Assembly: GCA_903874895.1 (NCBI GenBank)
Contig: CAIQUG010000007.1
Coordinates: 24,326-88,325, forward strand
Length of the DNA: 64,000 bases
DNA from: an uncultured Caulobacterales bacterium
GTDB taxonomy: Bacteria > Pseudomonadota > Alphaproteobacteria > Caulobacterales > Caulobacteraceae
Reading direction: 5' to 3'
The notes beneath the pieces were generated by a model, which saw nothing but the letters and a program-made list of their open reading frames with translations, was not told the origin of the DNA and did no database searches. Positions 18,109-28,012 of this stretch are shown in pieces (positions within the stretch are counted from its first letter, which is position 1; every line of letters starts with the position of its first letter). Both the position numbers and the translations under genes were made by a program.

Positions 18109-20505
18109 TCACGCGTTGATCTTCATGATCTCGATGAAGTGCAGGGTTTCCTGCGGGGTCGGCGGGCCGGAGTGGATGTCGACCCGGACCTCGTGGATCG
18201 GCGCGGGATAGGCGTTGCTTCCCCCATAGGCCTTGGATACCTGGCCACCGGGATCGGCCCCGATGGCGAAGCCGTCATAGCTGGCCGTCACCAGCATGTG
18301 GCGGAAGGTGTGATCTGCCCTGTGCTCGCCGTTCACGAACAGAGCCCCGGTGCCGTCCACCGGGCGAAGCTTCATGGTCTGCCGGTACTTCACGGTCACC
18401 CGCCCCTCCGGCACAGGACCGCCGTCGATGCGTTCCCGCCAGGGGGCCAGGCTGGTCTCGTAGATCAGCCGTCCGTCCTGCAGGAACAGGCTGTAGCCTG
18501 CCGGTGTCGAGCCGTGGCTGACCAACACGCCGTTGCGGACGTCCCGGGGGCGGTCGAAGGTCACGGTGATCTCGTGATCCTGACCGCAGACCAGCGGGGC
18601 CACGTCCGTGGGCAGCACGTCCACCGGCGGATGGAAGACCCAGTGCGGCTTCAGGGTGCGCAGGCGTTGCTGCATCATCTTGATCACCAGGTTCCGGTCA
18701 TCCAGTGGCAGGACGTTGTAGCGGACGGCGGCCGCGTTCCACATCTTCAGCAGGGCGGCGGCCACGTCCGGGTGCTGGTCCGCCAGGTCGTGCAGCTCCG
18801 TCGGATCGGTTCCCGTGTTGTAGAGGGCCCAGTGGTCCTTTTCGAAGGACGCGCCGCGCTTGTGGACGCTGACCAGCCGCCACGCCCCATCCTGATAGGC
18901 GCGGAAGCCTCCCAGCTCGTAATACTGTTCCGTCCGCGTGCGCGCCGCCGATGCGTTGAAGGTGGCAAAGGCACTCGCCCCCTCCAGCGGTTTCTGCGCC
19001 AGGCCACGGTAGGTTTCCGGACGCTGGACGCCTGCGGCCTCGAGAAGGGTGGGGAAGAGATCCACCACGTGCACGAACTGCCGGCGGATCGCGCCCTTTT
19101 CGGCAATCCGCTTCGGCCAGTGGACGATCAGCGGATCGGCCACGCCTCCGAGGTTGGTGTACTGCTTGTAGAGGCGGTAGGGCGTGTTCGAGGCATTGGC
19201 CCAGCCCATGGGGTAGTGCGGGAAGGTGTCCGGCCCGCCCATGACGTCGTGAAGCTTCTCGGCTTCGTCCAGAGGCACGCCGCCCCCCAGGGCCGACGCC
19301 AGGATGTTCGGCGTGCCGGAGGGCGTGCCTTCCGGCGAGCCGCCATTGTCGGAGAATACCATCACCAGCGTGTTGTCCGCCTGGCCCAGCGCCTGGAGCG
19401 CATCCATGAGGCGGCCGATGTTGCGGTCGAGCGCGCCGATCACCCCGGCATAGACCTCCATGTACCTCGCATAGACGCGCTTCTGCTGGGGGGTGAGGGT
19501 GTCCCAGGGGTCGGCGCCGAAGGACAGGGGCGGCAGCTCCGCCGTCTCGGCAATCAGGCCGAGGGCCTTCTGACGGGCCAGCCGTTCGTGTCGGACCTGG
19601 TCCCAGCCCTTGTCGAAGCGTCCGCGGTAGTGGTCCCGGTCCTCCGCCTTCGCCTGCAGGGGCGAGTGGGCACCGGAATAGGCCAGCTGGAGAAAGAACG
19701 GCCGGGCGGGGTCCGACGCCTTCTGGGTGCGGATGTCGCGGATCGCCCGGTCGGTGAGATCGTCGGTGACGTAGTAGTCGTCCCGCGCCGGGGCCTCCAC
19801 CGGCGTCAGGCCGTCATAGAGGGCCCCCGGCCGGAAGTAGTCGGTGGAGTGGCCCTGGTACCAGTAGGCCCGCTCGAACCCGCGGTTGGTCGGCCAGTTG
19901 TGGAAGGGTCCCGTCGGGCCATTGTGCGCCACGTTGTTGACGTGCCACTTGCCCACGAGGAAGGTCGACCATCCGGCGTCCCGCAGGACCTCGGCGAGGG
20001 TCGCGGCCTCGAGGGTCAGGTCGCCCCGATATCCGGGGAAGCCGGAATCGATGTCCGCCAGCCATCCCATGCCCGCGGAATGGTGGTTGAGTCCGGTGAG
20101 CAGGGCCGCCCGGGTGCAGGAGCACATGGCCGTGGTCCGGAAGTTGGCATAGCGCAGTCCGCCTGCGGCCAGGGTGTCCAGGCGGGGTGTCTCGATGTCG
20201 CCGCCGTAGCAGCCCAGATCGGCAAAGCCCACGTCGTCGAGGATGATGAGCACGATGTTGGGCGCGTCCCGAGGGGGCGATACCCGGTCCGGCCCCAGTG
20301 CCGGATGGCTGTGGGCATAGCTCAGGGCGATCTTGGCCGGCGCGCCGGGCCGGACGGCGGAGGGGGCCAGGAAGGGGGCCGCCGCCTCCCGGATGGCACC
20401 GCCGACCGCCGCGATCCCCGCCATGCCCGCCGCCCCGAGTCCCCCGCCGATCAGCAGGGACCGGCGGTCGAAACGCGGGCGGGGGTCGTCGGCATCCGTC
20501 GTCAT
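18109..20505 (-). CDS. Tat-exported arylsulfatase with a C-terminal lectin-like domain
   Basis: Twin-arginine signal RFDRRSLLIGGGLGAAGMAG. Sulfatase core NIVLIILDDVGFADLGCYGG...CSCTRAALLTGLNHH, GKWH, DNGG. Start placed at the ATG at 20505; the track ORF begins at a TTG at 20538. Confidence 0.9.
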   Translation of the reverse strand: MTTDADDPRPRFDRRSLLIGGGLGAAGMAGIAAVGGAIREAAAPFLAPSAVRPGAPAKIALSYAHSHPALGPDRVSPPRDAPNIVLIILDDVGFADLGCYGGDIETPRLDTLAAGGLRYANFRTTAMCSCTRAALLTGLNHHSAGMGWLADIDSGFPGYRGDLTLEAATLAEVLRDAGWSTFLVGKWHVNNVAHNGPTGPFHNWPTNRGFERAYWYQGHSTDYFRPGALYDGLTPVEAPARDDYYVTDDLTDRAIRDIRTQKASDPARPFFLQLAYSGAHSPLQAKAEDRDHYRGRFDKGWDQVRHERLARQKALGLIAETAELPPLSFGADPWDTLTPQQKRVYARYMEVYAGVIGALDRNIGRLMDALQALGQADNTLVMVFSDNGGSPEGTPSGTPNILASALGGGVPLDEAEKLHDVMGGPDTFPHYPMGWANASNTPYRLYKQYTNLGGVADPLIVHWPKRIAEKGAIRRQFVHVVDLFPTLLEAAGVQRPETYRGLAQKPLEGASAFATFNASAARTRTEQYYELGGFRAYQDGAWRLVSVHKRGASFEKDHWALYNTGTDPTELHDLADQHPDVAAALLKMWNAAAVRYNVLPLDDRNLVIKMMQQRLRTLKPHWVFHPPVDVLPTDVAPLVCGQDHEITVTFDRPRDVRNGVLVSHGSTPAGYSLFLQDGRLIYETSLAPWRERIDGGPVPEGRVTVKYRQTMKLRPVDGTGALFVNGEHRADHTFRHMLVTASYDGFAIGADPGGQVSKAYGGSNAYPAPIHEVRVDIHSGPPTPQETLHFIEIMKINA

Positions 20506-20589
20506 GGGGCACTCATCGACAAAACAACTGTCATTCAATGTGCCATAAGTTGCCGGGGGCGGTCCAGCCCCGCCGCGACCGGTCGCGGG

Positions 20590-23001
20590 TCAGCCGTAGA
20601 TCTGCCGGCTCTGGCCAGTGCCGTTGACCGTGTCGATGATGGCGGCCAGCAGGTCAGCGGGCAGGATCGGCTTTCCGGCAAAGCCGTCGAATCCCTGCGT
20701 CAGGAGGCGCTGGGTATCCTCGCCGGACGCATTGGCGGTAAAGGCGATGATCGGCACCGCCTGGTTGGGACCGGCCTGATGCCGGATTGCCTGCAGCGCC
20801 TCGAGCCCGGTCATGCCCGGCATCCGATAGTCCATCAGCACCACATCATAGGCCTTGGTCGCGCACCGTTCGATGCCCGAGGGTCCGTCCGCCGCCTCGT
20901 CCACCGCCCAGCCGAGGGGGTCGAGGATCACCCGGACAAGATCGCGGTTGGCGGCGTGATCGTCCACCACCAGCACGCGCAGCGCCGGGTTCGTGCGGCC
21001 GCTTGCGGCGTCGGACTCGTTGAGCAGGATCGGCTCCGCAGCGATTGTGCACGTGAAGCGGCTGCCGACGCCTGGGGTGCTGTCGACCTCGATGGTTCCG
21101 TCCATCAGCCGCAGAAGACCGGACGCGATGGCCAGGCCGAGTCCGCTGCCCTCCGGCGCAGCCTCGGTGGACTGCTTGGCCCGCACGAAACGCTGGAAGA
21201 TGGACTTCAGCTGGTCTGCGGGAATACCGGGACCTGTATCCTCGATCCCGATGGTCAGCGTCGATTTCTCGGCGTCATAATCTGCCAGCACGGTCACCCG
21301 ACCGGACCGGGTGAACTTCACGGCATTTCCGATCAGGTTGAGCAGCACCTGGCGCAGCCGATCCGGGTCCACCGCCAGGGGCGGGGTCCGGGGATCCACC
21401 CTGACCTCGAGCGCCAGGTCCTTTTCCTCGGCCTGGGGCCGCAGCAGGTCGGCCGTATCCTGGATCAGCACAACCACGTCCACCGGACGGCGGCGAATCT
21501 CCACCTGACCGGCCTCCAGTCGCGAGAAGTCGAGAATGTCGTTGACCGTTGTCAGCAGGCTGCCGCTGGCGGCCATGACGCGGCTGACATAGCGCCGGCT
21601 TTCCGGGGTCAGGTCCGGGGCATTGGCCAGAAGAGCACCAAAGCCCAGGATGCTGGTCAGGGGCGTGCGCAACTCATGGGTCATGTTGGCCATGAATTCG
21701 GACTTCACCTTGACCGCCCGCTCCGCCACGACGGTGGCTTCCCGCAGGTTGTCTTCCAGTTTGCGGCGCTCGGTGATGTCGCGAATGACGTCACAGAACC
21801 CGACCAGTGCACCGGTTTCCGGGTCAATGATCGGTGCCAGCTGGGCCTCAACCCACACCGCGCCTCCGGACTTGTGACGAAAGCGGCATTCCAGCCGGGT
21901 CGGCTGTCCCGTCATGCGGGCCCGCTCGATGGCCGCGATGGCCAGGGGAATATCGTCCCGTTCCAGAAATCGGGAACTCTGCTCCCCGATGAGGTCCTCG
22001 GGCAGGAAGCCCACCAGCTGGGTCACGGACGGGGAGCAGTAATCGATGATGCCCATCGGGCTCAGGGCCACGATGACGTCCTGGGCGTGGTCGGTGAGGA
22101 GGCGATAGCGTGCCATCTGCTGGCTCAGGGCCTCGACCCGCTCGATCTCCACGGTGATGTCGCGAAGCACCCCGCTGACGCCGGTCCGGCGGCCGTTCTG
22201 ACCGACGTCGGGCGCGCCCATGGACTCGATGTGGCGGACCGAGCCATCGGGTCGGGTCACGACCGAGCGGTGGGTGAAGGGTGTGCCGTCCACCACGGCG
22301 GCCGTGACCAGACGCTCCACCTCGGGGAGGGACCCCGGCGGGATGAGCGTCCTTTCCGCCAGTTCGCGGACGTTGGTGGTCTGCGGCTCCATGCCGTACA
22401 TGGCGTAGACGCCGTCGGACATGACCATTTCGCCGGTCACGAGGTCGAGGTGCCAGCGTCCCACGCCGGTCATCTGTTCCGCGAGTCGCAGGAGCCGTTC
22501 CCGGTCCTCCGCCGCATGACGCACCAGATCGAACTCGATTTCCGTGGCGGCCATGTCGGCGAGGTTTGCGAGATGCGCCAGCAGCGTCGGCGTCGGTGCC
22601 GGCCGGGGGGTGCGGTCGAGGACCGCGAGGGCGCCGACCGCCACGCCGTCGGGCAGGTGGATCGGCACGCCGGCATAGAAGCGGGCCGCGCTCGCGCCCC
22701 GGGTGACGGGCAGGTCCGCGAACCGCGGGTCGAGGGCAAGGTCGCCGACCACCAGGCTCGCCCCGCGGGGCAGGGTGCGGGTCACGTTGCAGATGTATTG
22801 ATCGGGGGCAATGTTCTGCATCTCGAGGCCGATACGGGACTTGAGCCACAGTCGATCGCCCCGGAGCAGCGCCAGACTTGCGATTGGAGCGTCGAACAGG
22901 TGCGCTGCCAGCGCCGTCAGCCGGTCGAAGCGAGGCTCTGCCGGCGTGTCCAGCATCCTCAGCGCGTTGACGGCGCGCAGTCTGGCAGCTTCGTTGGGCA
23001 T
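20590..23001 (-). CDS. hybrid sensor histidine kinase (GAF - PAS - PAS - HisKA - HATPase - REC)
   Basis: H-box MTHELRTPLTSILG. N/G boxes LIGNAVKFT, DTGPGIP, GSGLGLAI. Receiver VLVVDDHAANRDL...DVVLMDYRMPGMTGLE. GAF-like N-terminus. Confidence 0.9.
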   Translation of the reverse strand: MPNEAARLRAVNALRMLDTPAEPRFDRLTALAAHLFDAPIASLALLRGDRLWLKSRIGLEMQNIAPDQYICNVTRTLPRGASLVVGDLALDPRFADLPVTRGASAARFYAGVPIHLPDGVAVGALAVLDRTPRPAPTPTLLAHLANLADMAATEIEFDLVRHAAEDRERLLRLAEQMTGVGRWHLDLVTGEMVMSDGVYAMYGMEPQTTNVRELAERTLIPPGSLPEVERLVTAAVVDGTPFTHRSVVTRPDGSVRHIESMGAPDVGQNGRRTGVSGVLRDITVEIERVEALSQQMARYRLLTDHAQDVIVALSPMGIIDYCSPSVTQLVGFLPEDLIGEQSSRFLERDDIPLAIAAIERARMTGQPTRLECRFRHKSGGAVWVEAQLAPIIDPETGALVGFCDVIRDITERRKLEDNLREATVVAERAVKVKSEFMANMTHELRTPLTSILGFGALLANAPDLTPESRRYVSRVMAASGSLLTTVNDILDFSRLEAGQVEIRRRPVDVVVLIQDTADLLRPQAEEKDLALEVRVDPRTPPLAVDPDRLRQVLLNLIGNAVKFTRSGRVTVLADYDAEKSTLTIGIEDTGPGIPADQLKSIFQRFVRAKQSTEAAPEGSGLGLAIASGLLRLMDGTIEVDSTPGVGSRFTCTIAAEPILLNESDAASGRTNPALRVLVVDDHAANRDLVRVILDPLGWAVDEAADGPSGIERCATKAYDVVLMDYRMPGMTGLEALQAIRHQAGPNQAVPIIAFTANASGEDTQRLLTQGFDGFAGKPILPADLLAAIIDTVNGTGQSRQIYG

Positions 23002-23094
23002 CGCGATTTGGACTTTTGGGAGTCTAAAATCTGGAAATTCAACTTCAGCACAGATTCCCAGTAATTTTCAGTAAAATTTGGCGGGTCTAATATC

Positions 23095-24168
23095 TCAACC
23101 GGGAATGTCAGTATTTTCCGGCTTCGGGTCTGCGGCCACATCATGTAACCGGCCCCAGGGATCTTCGATCCGGTGCCGGCTCGCCGTTTCGGCGGACAGG
23201 TAGTCCGGCCCGACGGGGGCCTTCCCGTGTCCCCCGGGAATGTCGAAGATGTAGGTGGGCTGACACAGGCCGGAGAGGTCGCCGCGCAGGGCGCGCATCA
23301 GTTCCCGACCGGACTCGAAGTCGGTCCTCAGCCATCCGGTGCCCGGAGCCTTGTCCGGGTGATGCAGATAATACGGCTTGATCCGGGTCTCGACGAAGGC
23401 GCGCATCAGCGCACCCATGACCTCCGGCGTATCGTTGATCCCCTTGAGCAGCACGGTCTGGCTGAGCATGGGCAGGCCGGCATCGACGATCCGGGCACAG
23501 GCGGCCCGGGCGTCTGCCGTCAGTTCCCGCGGATGGTTGGCGTGCAGCGAGACATAGACGGCCTTGTCGGCGCAGGTGAGGGCGGCCACCAGGTCCCCCG
23601 TGATCCGCTCCGGGGCCACCACGGGGATGCGGGTGTGGTAGCGCACGATCCGCACATGGGGAATGGCGGCCAGGCGGTCGGACAGGTCGCGCAATCGCCG
23701 GGCCGACAGGACCAGGGGGTCGCCGCCGGTGACGATCACCTCCCAGATGCGGGGAGTGTCGGCAATGTAGCGGATCGCGGCATCCAGCGTCGCGCCCGAC
23801 AGGTCACCGTCCCCGTCGGGCCCGACCATCTCCCGGCGGAAGCAGAAGCGGCAATAGACGGCACAGGTGTGGGTGATCTTCAGCAATACCCGGTCGGGAT
23901 AACGGTGGACGATGCCCGGCACCGGGCTGAAAGCGTGGTCTCCCACCGGATCGGCGGCTTCGTCGGGCAGGGTCACGAGCTCGCGGGGATCGGGAAGAAA
24001 CTGGGCGGCTATCGGGTCGGCGGCATCGGCCGGATCGATCAGCCGGGCCATGGCCGGGGTCACGGCGACGGCATAACGCGCCGCCACCCGGTCCAGGGCC
24101 GGAACCCGATCCGGGGCAACCAGCCCCCCGGCTGCCAGGTCCGACGGCGTCCTGAGGGTGCGGCTCAT
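23095..24168 (-). CDS. epmB: EF-P beta-lysylation radical-SAM protein EpmB (lysine 2,3-aminomutase family)
   Basis: CAVYCRFCFRR radical-SAM cluster, VIVTGGDPL, KPYYLHH. Start set at the ATG at 24168 (MSRTLRTP...), giving a 4-nt overlap with the epmA stop. The 672-aa track ORF is an over-extension through epmA in another frame. Confidence 0.9.
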   Translation of the reverse strand: MSRTLRTPSDLAAGGLVAPDRVPALDRVAARYAVAVTPAMARLIDPADAADPIAAQFLPDPRELVTLPDEAADPVGDHAFSPVPGIVHRYPDRVLLKITHTCAVYCRFCFRREMVGPDGDGDLSGATLDAAIRYIADTPRIWEVIVTGGDPLVLSARRLRDLSDRLAAIPHVRIVRYHTRIPVVAPERITGDLVAALTCADKAVYVSLHANHPRELTADARAACARIVDAGLPMLSQTVLLKGINDTPEVMGALMRAFVETRIKPYYLHHPDKAPGTGWLRTDFESGRELMRALRGDLSGLCQPTYIFDIPGGHGKAPVGPDYLSAETASRHRIEDPWGRLHDVAADPKPENTDIPG

Positions 24169-25220
24169 CGGGGCACGGGTAACCACAGGACCTCCTCGAT
24201 ATGCCGGGCGCCGGTGGCCAGGAGGGCCAGCCGGTCGAAGCCGAGGGCTGCCCCGGAGGCGGGGGGCATCTGCTCCAGCGCCTTCAGAAGGTCCTCGTCC
24301 AGGGGATAGCGTTCGCCATAGACCCGCGCCTTCTCGTCCATCTCCAGCACGAACCGCCGGCGCTGTTCCACGGCGTCGGTCAGCTCGCCGAAGGCATTGG
24401 CCAGCTCCACGCCGCAGGCATAGAGCTCGAACCGTTCCGCCACCCTTGGGTCGTGGGGGCAGGGGCGGGCGAGGGCGGCTTCCGCCACGGGGTATTCGCA
24501 CAGGACCGTGGCGCGCCCGATGCCCAGCTTCGGCTCCACATGGGTGACGATCAGCTTGGAGAAGATGTCGGCCCAGCTGTCGTCCTCGGCGACTCGCAGA
24601 CCGGTCCGGACGGCCTCTTCGGCCAGCATGTTCCGGTCGGTCTCGCCGTTGGGCGCGATGGAGCGCATCAGGTCCACCTTGGCATGACGGGCAAACGCCT
24701 CCGCCACGGTCACGCGCTCCGGCGGGGCGAACGGATCTGCGGTGACGCCCCGCCAGGCGAACTGACGGGTGCCCGCCGTCTCGGCGGCGAGGGCAACGAG
24801 GTCGGCGCAGTCCTGCATCAGCTGGGTATAGGGCGCACCGGCCCGGTACCATTCGAGCAGGGTGAACTCCGGGTGGTGCAGGGGGCCGCGTTCCCGGTTC
24901 CGCCAGACCTTGCCCAGGCTGAAGATGGCCGTTTCCCCCGCGGCCAGCAGCTTCTTGCAGGCGAATTCCGGGGATGTGTGCAGATAAAGCGTCCGTGCTG
25001 CGCCGTCGGGGGTCAGGGCGTCGGTGGCGAAGGCATGCAGATGCGCCTCGTTGCCGGGGGAGACCTGCAGGGCGGCGGTCTCCACCTCCTCGAAGGCCCG
25101 GGCCCCGAACCACTGCCGGACGGCGCGGGTGATCCCGTTGCGGGCCAGCAGGCGAGGGCGACGGTCGGCATGGCGGGCGGGGTCCCAGAGCGGTGTCTCT
25201 GAAGCGGCGGACAGGCTCAA
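24165..25220 (-). CDS. epmA: EF-P lysine-lysyltransferase EpmA (PoxA/GenX, truncated class II LysRS paralog)
   Basis: 351 aa. Class II aaRS motifs: FEEVETAAL, LHTSPEFACKKLL, NRERGPLHHPEFTLLEWY, GVELANAFGEL, GAALGFDRL. Confidence 0.9.
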   Translation of the reverse strand: MSLSAASETPLWDPARHADRRPRLLARNGITRAVRQWFGARAFEEVETAALQVSPGNEAHLHAFATDALTPDGAARTLYLHTSPEFACKKLLAAGETAIFSLGKVWRNRERGPLHHPEFTLLEWYRAGAPYTQLMQDCADLVALAAETAGTRQFAWRGVTADPFAPPERVTVAEAFARHAKVDLMRSIAPNGETDRNMLAEEAVRTGLRVAEDDSWADIFSKLIVTHVEPKLGIGRATVLCEYPVAEAALARPCPHDPRVAERFELYACGVELANAFGELTDAVEQRRRFVLEMDEKARVYGERYPLDEDLLKALEQMPPASGAALGFDRLALLATGARHIEEVLWLPVPR

Positions 25221-25385
25221 AGGAAACCCCGGTCGGCGGGTGCGGTCATCAAATACCCTCTAGCGCTCTGCGCAAGGATCGCTATACGAGCGCGCATCGC
25301 GAAATCCTAGCGGATCGAAGCCACACGTGCGCAGCAGCGCCGGACCCGGTCCGGCCCGCGCCCCGGGAAGACGGACGGAATCGAA

Positions 25386-25952
25386 GTGAAAGTCATCGCC
25401 AGCTCGCTGCGCAAGGGCAATGTGGTCGACATCGACGGCAAGCTCTACATCGTCCTCAATGCCGAGAACATCCATCCCGGCAAGGGCACGCCCGTCACCC
25501 AGCTGAACATGCGCCGCATCTCCGACGGGGTGAAGATCTCGGAGCGGTACCGCACCACCGAGCAGGTGGAACGCGCCATTGTCGATGACCGCCCGCACAC
25601 CTTCCTCTACCAGGACGGCGACGGCTATCACTTCATGAACCCGGAAAGCTTTGATCAGGTGACGGCCACCGCCGACGTGATCGGCGATTCCGCGCCCTAT
25701 CTGCAGGACGGCATGACGGTGATGCTGTCGACCCATGACGACGTGCCGATCGCCATCGACCTGCCCCGCACCGCGACCCTCGAAGTCGTGGACACCGAGC
25801 CGTCGGTGAAGGGCCAGACCGCGTCCTCCTCCTACAAGCCCGCCATGCTCTCCAACGGCGTGCGCACCATGGTGCCCCCCTATATCGCACCGGGCACGCG
25901 GATCGTCGTGCTGACCGAGGACGGGTCCTACCTGGAACGCGCCAAGGACTGA
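25386..25952 (+). CDS. efp: elongation factor P
   Basis: 188 aa with a GTG start. The modification loop IHPGKGTPV retains the conserved Lys. The gene is divergent from epmAB. Confidence 0.95.
   Translation: MKVIASSLRKGNVVDIDGKLYIVLNAENIHPGKGTPVTQLNMRRISDGVKISERYRTTEQVERAIVDDRPHTFLYQDGDGYHFMNPESFDQVTATADVIGDSAPYLQDGMTVMLSTHDDVPIAIDLPRTATLEVVDTEPSVKGQTASSSYKPAMLSNGVRTMVPPYIAPGTRIVVLTEDGSYLERAKD
25917..25950 (+). repeat. left copy of the 34-bp perfect direct repeat (efp 3' end)
   Basis: gaggacgggtcctacctggaacgcgccaaggact is identical to 28190..28223. Confidence 0.9.
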
Positions 25953-26011
25953 TTTTCAGGCGTTGACGCGATCGGGTTGCGGGGCGAGGGCCTGCGCCGC
26001 GCTACCGCCGG

Positions 26012-27931
26012 TCAGGGCCGCCAGACATACTTCGGCGCGGCCGTGATCTCGGGCACGGCTGCAGTTAGATTGGAGCCCCGCTTGGGGTTCTTGGCGTCGG
26101 TCGGGATGACGATGCCGTAGTAGACCCCGCTGCTGAACGAGGCCCCAGCGCGTTGTTCCACATCACCGATGACCTGGGCGGTCCCCGACAGCACAATGCC
26201 CCTCTCGAAGAAGCCGAGCGGCATGAAAACCGTCGCCGCCTTTGTATTGTCGGTGAGCTCCGTATCCCCGCTCACGATCGTCAGAGCCGATATGATCGCG
26301 TTCCCGCGCACTGTGCCGCCATCGACGACGGCATGATCCTCGATCCGGGCGTTGCCCAGGACCGAGCCGGAGAGTACTTTGGCGTAGGGCCCCACATAGG
26401 CCGTCAAATCGATCGTCGCCCCGGGCGCAACCCAGCCGCCGCCGTTGCCGTGGCGGTGAGCGCCCGTGACGGGTGCGGCGGCTCCCGGCTCGAACCCCTG
26501 CGGATAGGCGCCGGCAAACTGGACCATCCAGGGAAAGCGATAAATCGAATAGTAGGGCTGGTCCCACTGGATCTTCTGGATTTCGGTGGGCGCGCCCACG
26601 ACGGTCATGAACACCGCCTTGTCGTCCGGCTTCAGCGCGAAGGTCACCTCTCCGTCCGCCCCGCGTTGCAACGGGCTGTAGCGTGACCGGCCCGCCGCAT
26701 CGACCGCGACCAGGCCCCAGCGCCAGTCCGAAGCGGGCTTGGGGATCGTTGCGGGCTCGTCATTGAGCCCGGGGAGCCCCGTCACCGCAGACTCGGCCTG
26801 GACCACGCCTCGGAAGGTCACGGTGAGGCTGGTCGCTCCCGCATCTGGAATCAGGCGGACGATATTGTAGCCCCAGCGTTGCGGAGCCCATGCCTGCGGC
26901 ACGGCAAAGCGCCGGTTGGCGAGATCGATGGGATCCAGCACGGTCGTTCGCACCGACCGCCCGCCGCCCTGCGGCTCATAGCTCCCGTAGGCTGCGCGGT
27001 AGACGGCACCCTGGTCGGAGCCGTCACGGTTCGTGTAGTCCCAGTTGACGTTGTGCATCGCCCATTGGCCGAACTGGTCGTTCAGTTCGCTGACGCTCCA
27101 GCCCTGGTTGACCATCAGAACCGTAAACGGGTCTGCGGTGGTCTGCCCGGCCTCGCCCGGTTTGGGTGACCGCGCCCAGATGTCGTTGACGATCCAGTAG
27201 CCGTACTGGTCCTTCAGGTATTCCCAGAATTGCCAGTTGCAATAGCGATCGCGGGTCGATCCGTAATAGAGGTGCGGCGCATTGACCAACAGTTCTGAGC
27301 AATGCACGATGTTGCGGAATTCAGGAAGCTGGAGCGCCATCCAGTTGGCGTGGCTTTCCCAGAGCCACCCGACGTAGGCGGAACTTTGCATACCTCTGGT
27401 CGATGACTGTAGCGCATGAGTAAACTCATGGGCCATCCCGAACTTGTCGGCGAGCGCCGGCGGCGAAATCCACATGCCCATATAGCCATCGCCGTCCATA
27501 CCGCCGTTCAGGCCAAAGGTCGGATCGATATGAACGTTCACTTTGTACTTGGTCGCAGCGTTGCAATAGGGTTCGGGAAAATCGATCGTGCCCATGAAAA
27601 AGGCCCAGACGTGTTCGAGATGATCCGCGGCGGCCTGCGCGGCGGCGAGGGTGACGTCGCTGGTCTTCCAGCGCAGCGCGAAATGCGACGTTTCGAGCTG
27701 GACGGCCGGCATGGTCGAACTCTGCGACGCTTGCCATGTCCCCGCTGTGCAGATCACTTTCTGCCCTGGCGGAATGGGGGTCGGATTGGGAGTCGGGGTC
27801 GAGGTCGAGCTTGGCGTGGGATCGGGTTGGGTTGGCGGGGCGCCGACTGCGCTCGAACCGCCGCCTCCACCACATCCGGCGAGCAAAAGAGCTGCGGACA
27901 AAGCCATTACGATCGCTTGACGGTGCGACAT
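26012..27931 (-). CDS. secreted lipoprotein, putative HEXXH zinc metallopeptidase with a C-terminal beta-helix-like region
   Basis: Lipobox LLLAGC followed by a Gly/Ser then Pro/Thr linker. HEFTH (HEXXH) in [11 protein letters not shown]. The C-terminus is a repetitive Val/Gly/Asn-rich stretch. GC is visibly lower than in the flanks. Start placed at the ATG at 27931 with AAGGGG upstream. Size and motif recall the DUF6055 / Svx-AvrXca-type proteins, but this is unverified. Confidence 0.75.
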   Translation of the reverse strand: MSHRQAIVMALSAALLLAGCGGGGGSSAVGAPPTQPDPTPSSTSTPTPNPTPIPPGQKVICTAGTWQASQSSTMPAVQLETSHFALRWKTSDVTLAAAQAAADHLEHVWAFFMGTIDFPEPYCNAATKYKVNVHIDPTFGLNGGMDGDGYMGMWISPPALADKFGMAHEFTHALQSSTRGMQSSAYVGWLWESHANWMALQLPEFRNIVHCSELLVNAPHLYYGSTRDRYCNWQFWEYLKDQYGYWIVNDIWARSPKPGEAGQTTADPFTVLMVNQGWSVSELNDQFGQWAMHNVNWDYTNRDGSDQGAVYRAAYGSYEPQGGGRSVRTTVLDPIDLANRRFAVPQAWAPQRWGYNIVRLIPDAGATSLTVTFRGVVQAESAVTGLPGLNDEPATIPKPASDWRWGLVAVDAAGRSRYSPLQRGADGEVTFALKPDDKAVFMTVVGAPTEIQKIQWDQPYYSIYRFPWMVQFAGAYPQGFEPGAAAPVTGAHRHGNGGGWVAPGATIDLTAYVGPYAKVLSGSVLGNARIEDHAVVDGGTVRGNAIISALTIVSGDTELTDNTKAATVFMPLGFFERGIVLSGTAQVIGDVEQRAGASFSSGVYYGIVIPTDAKNPKRGSNLTAAVPEITAAPKYVWRP

Positions 27932-28012
27932 GACCAACCCCTTTTAACACCCAATGATTGCATTTTTAGTATGAAAATGCAGCCGAGTCGATCAAGGGTG
28001 ATGTCGATTGGG

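Noticed and set aside
18139-23064. A 1641-aa ORF on the plus strand spanning the sulfatase and kinase loci.
   Set aside because: It is antisense to two well-supported genes that have clear motifs. The translation is Arg/Gly/Pro/His-rich and low in complexity, which is the classic high-GC shadow ORF. The same reasoning rejects 3465..5858, 5615..6859, 6909..8351, 9433..11055, 10826..12847, 28264..30063, 31573..33429, 35749..37965, 40401..43202, 46856..48976, 49270..50478, 50400..51656, 51796..54192, 53258..55000, 58583..60157, 60888..62570 and similar ORFs.
23095-25113. A 672-aa ORF suggesting a large fusion protein.
   Set aside because: Only the C-terminal 357 aa (from the ATG at 24168) look like EpmB. 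The N-terminal part is an Arg/Pro-rich read-through in an alternative frame of epmA.
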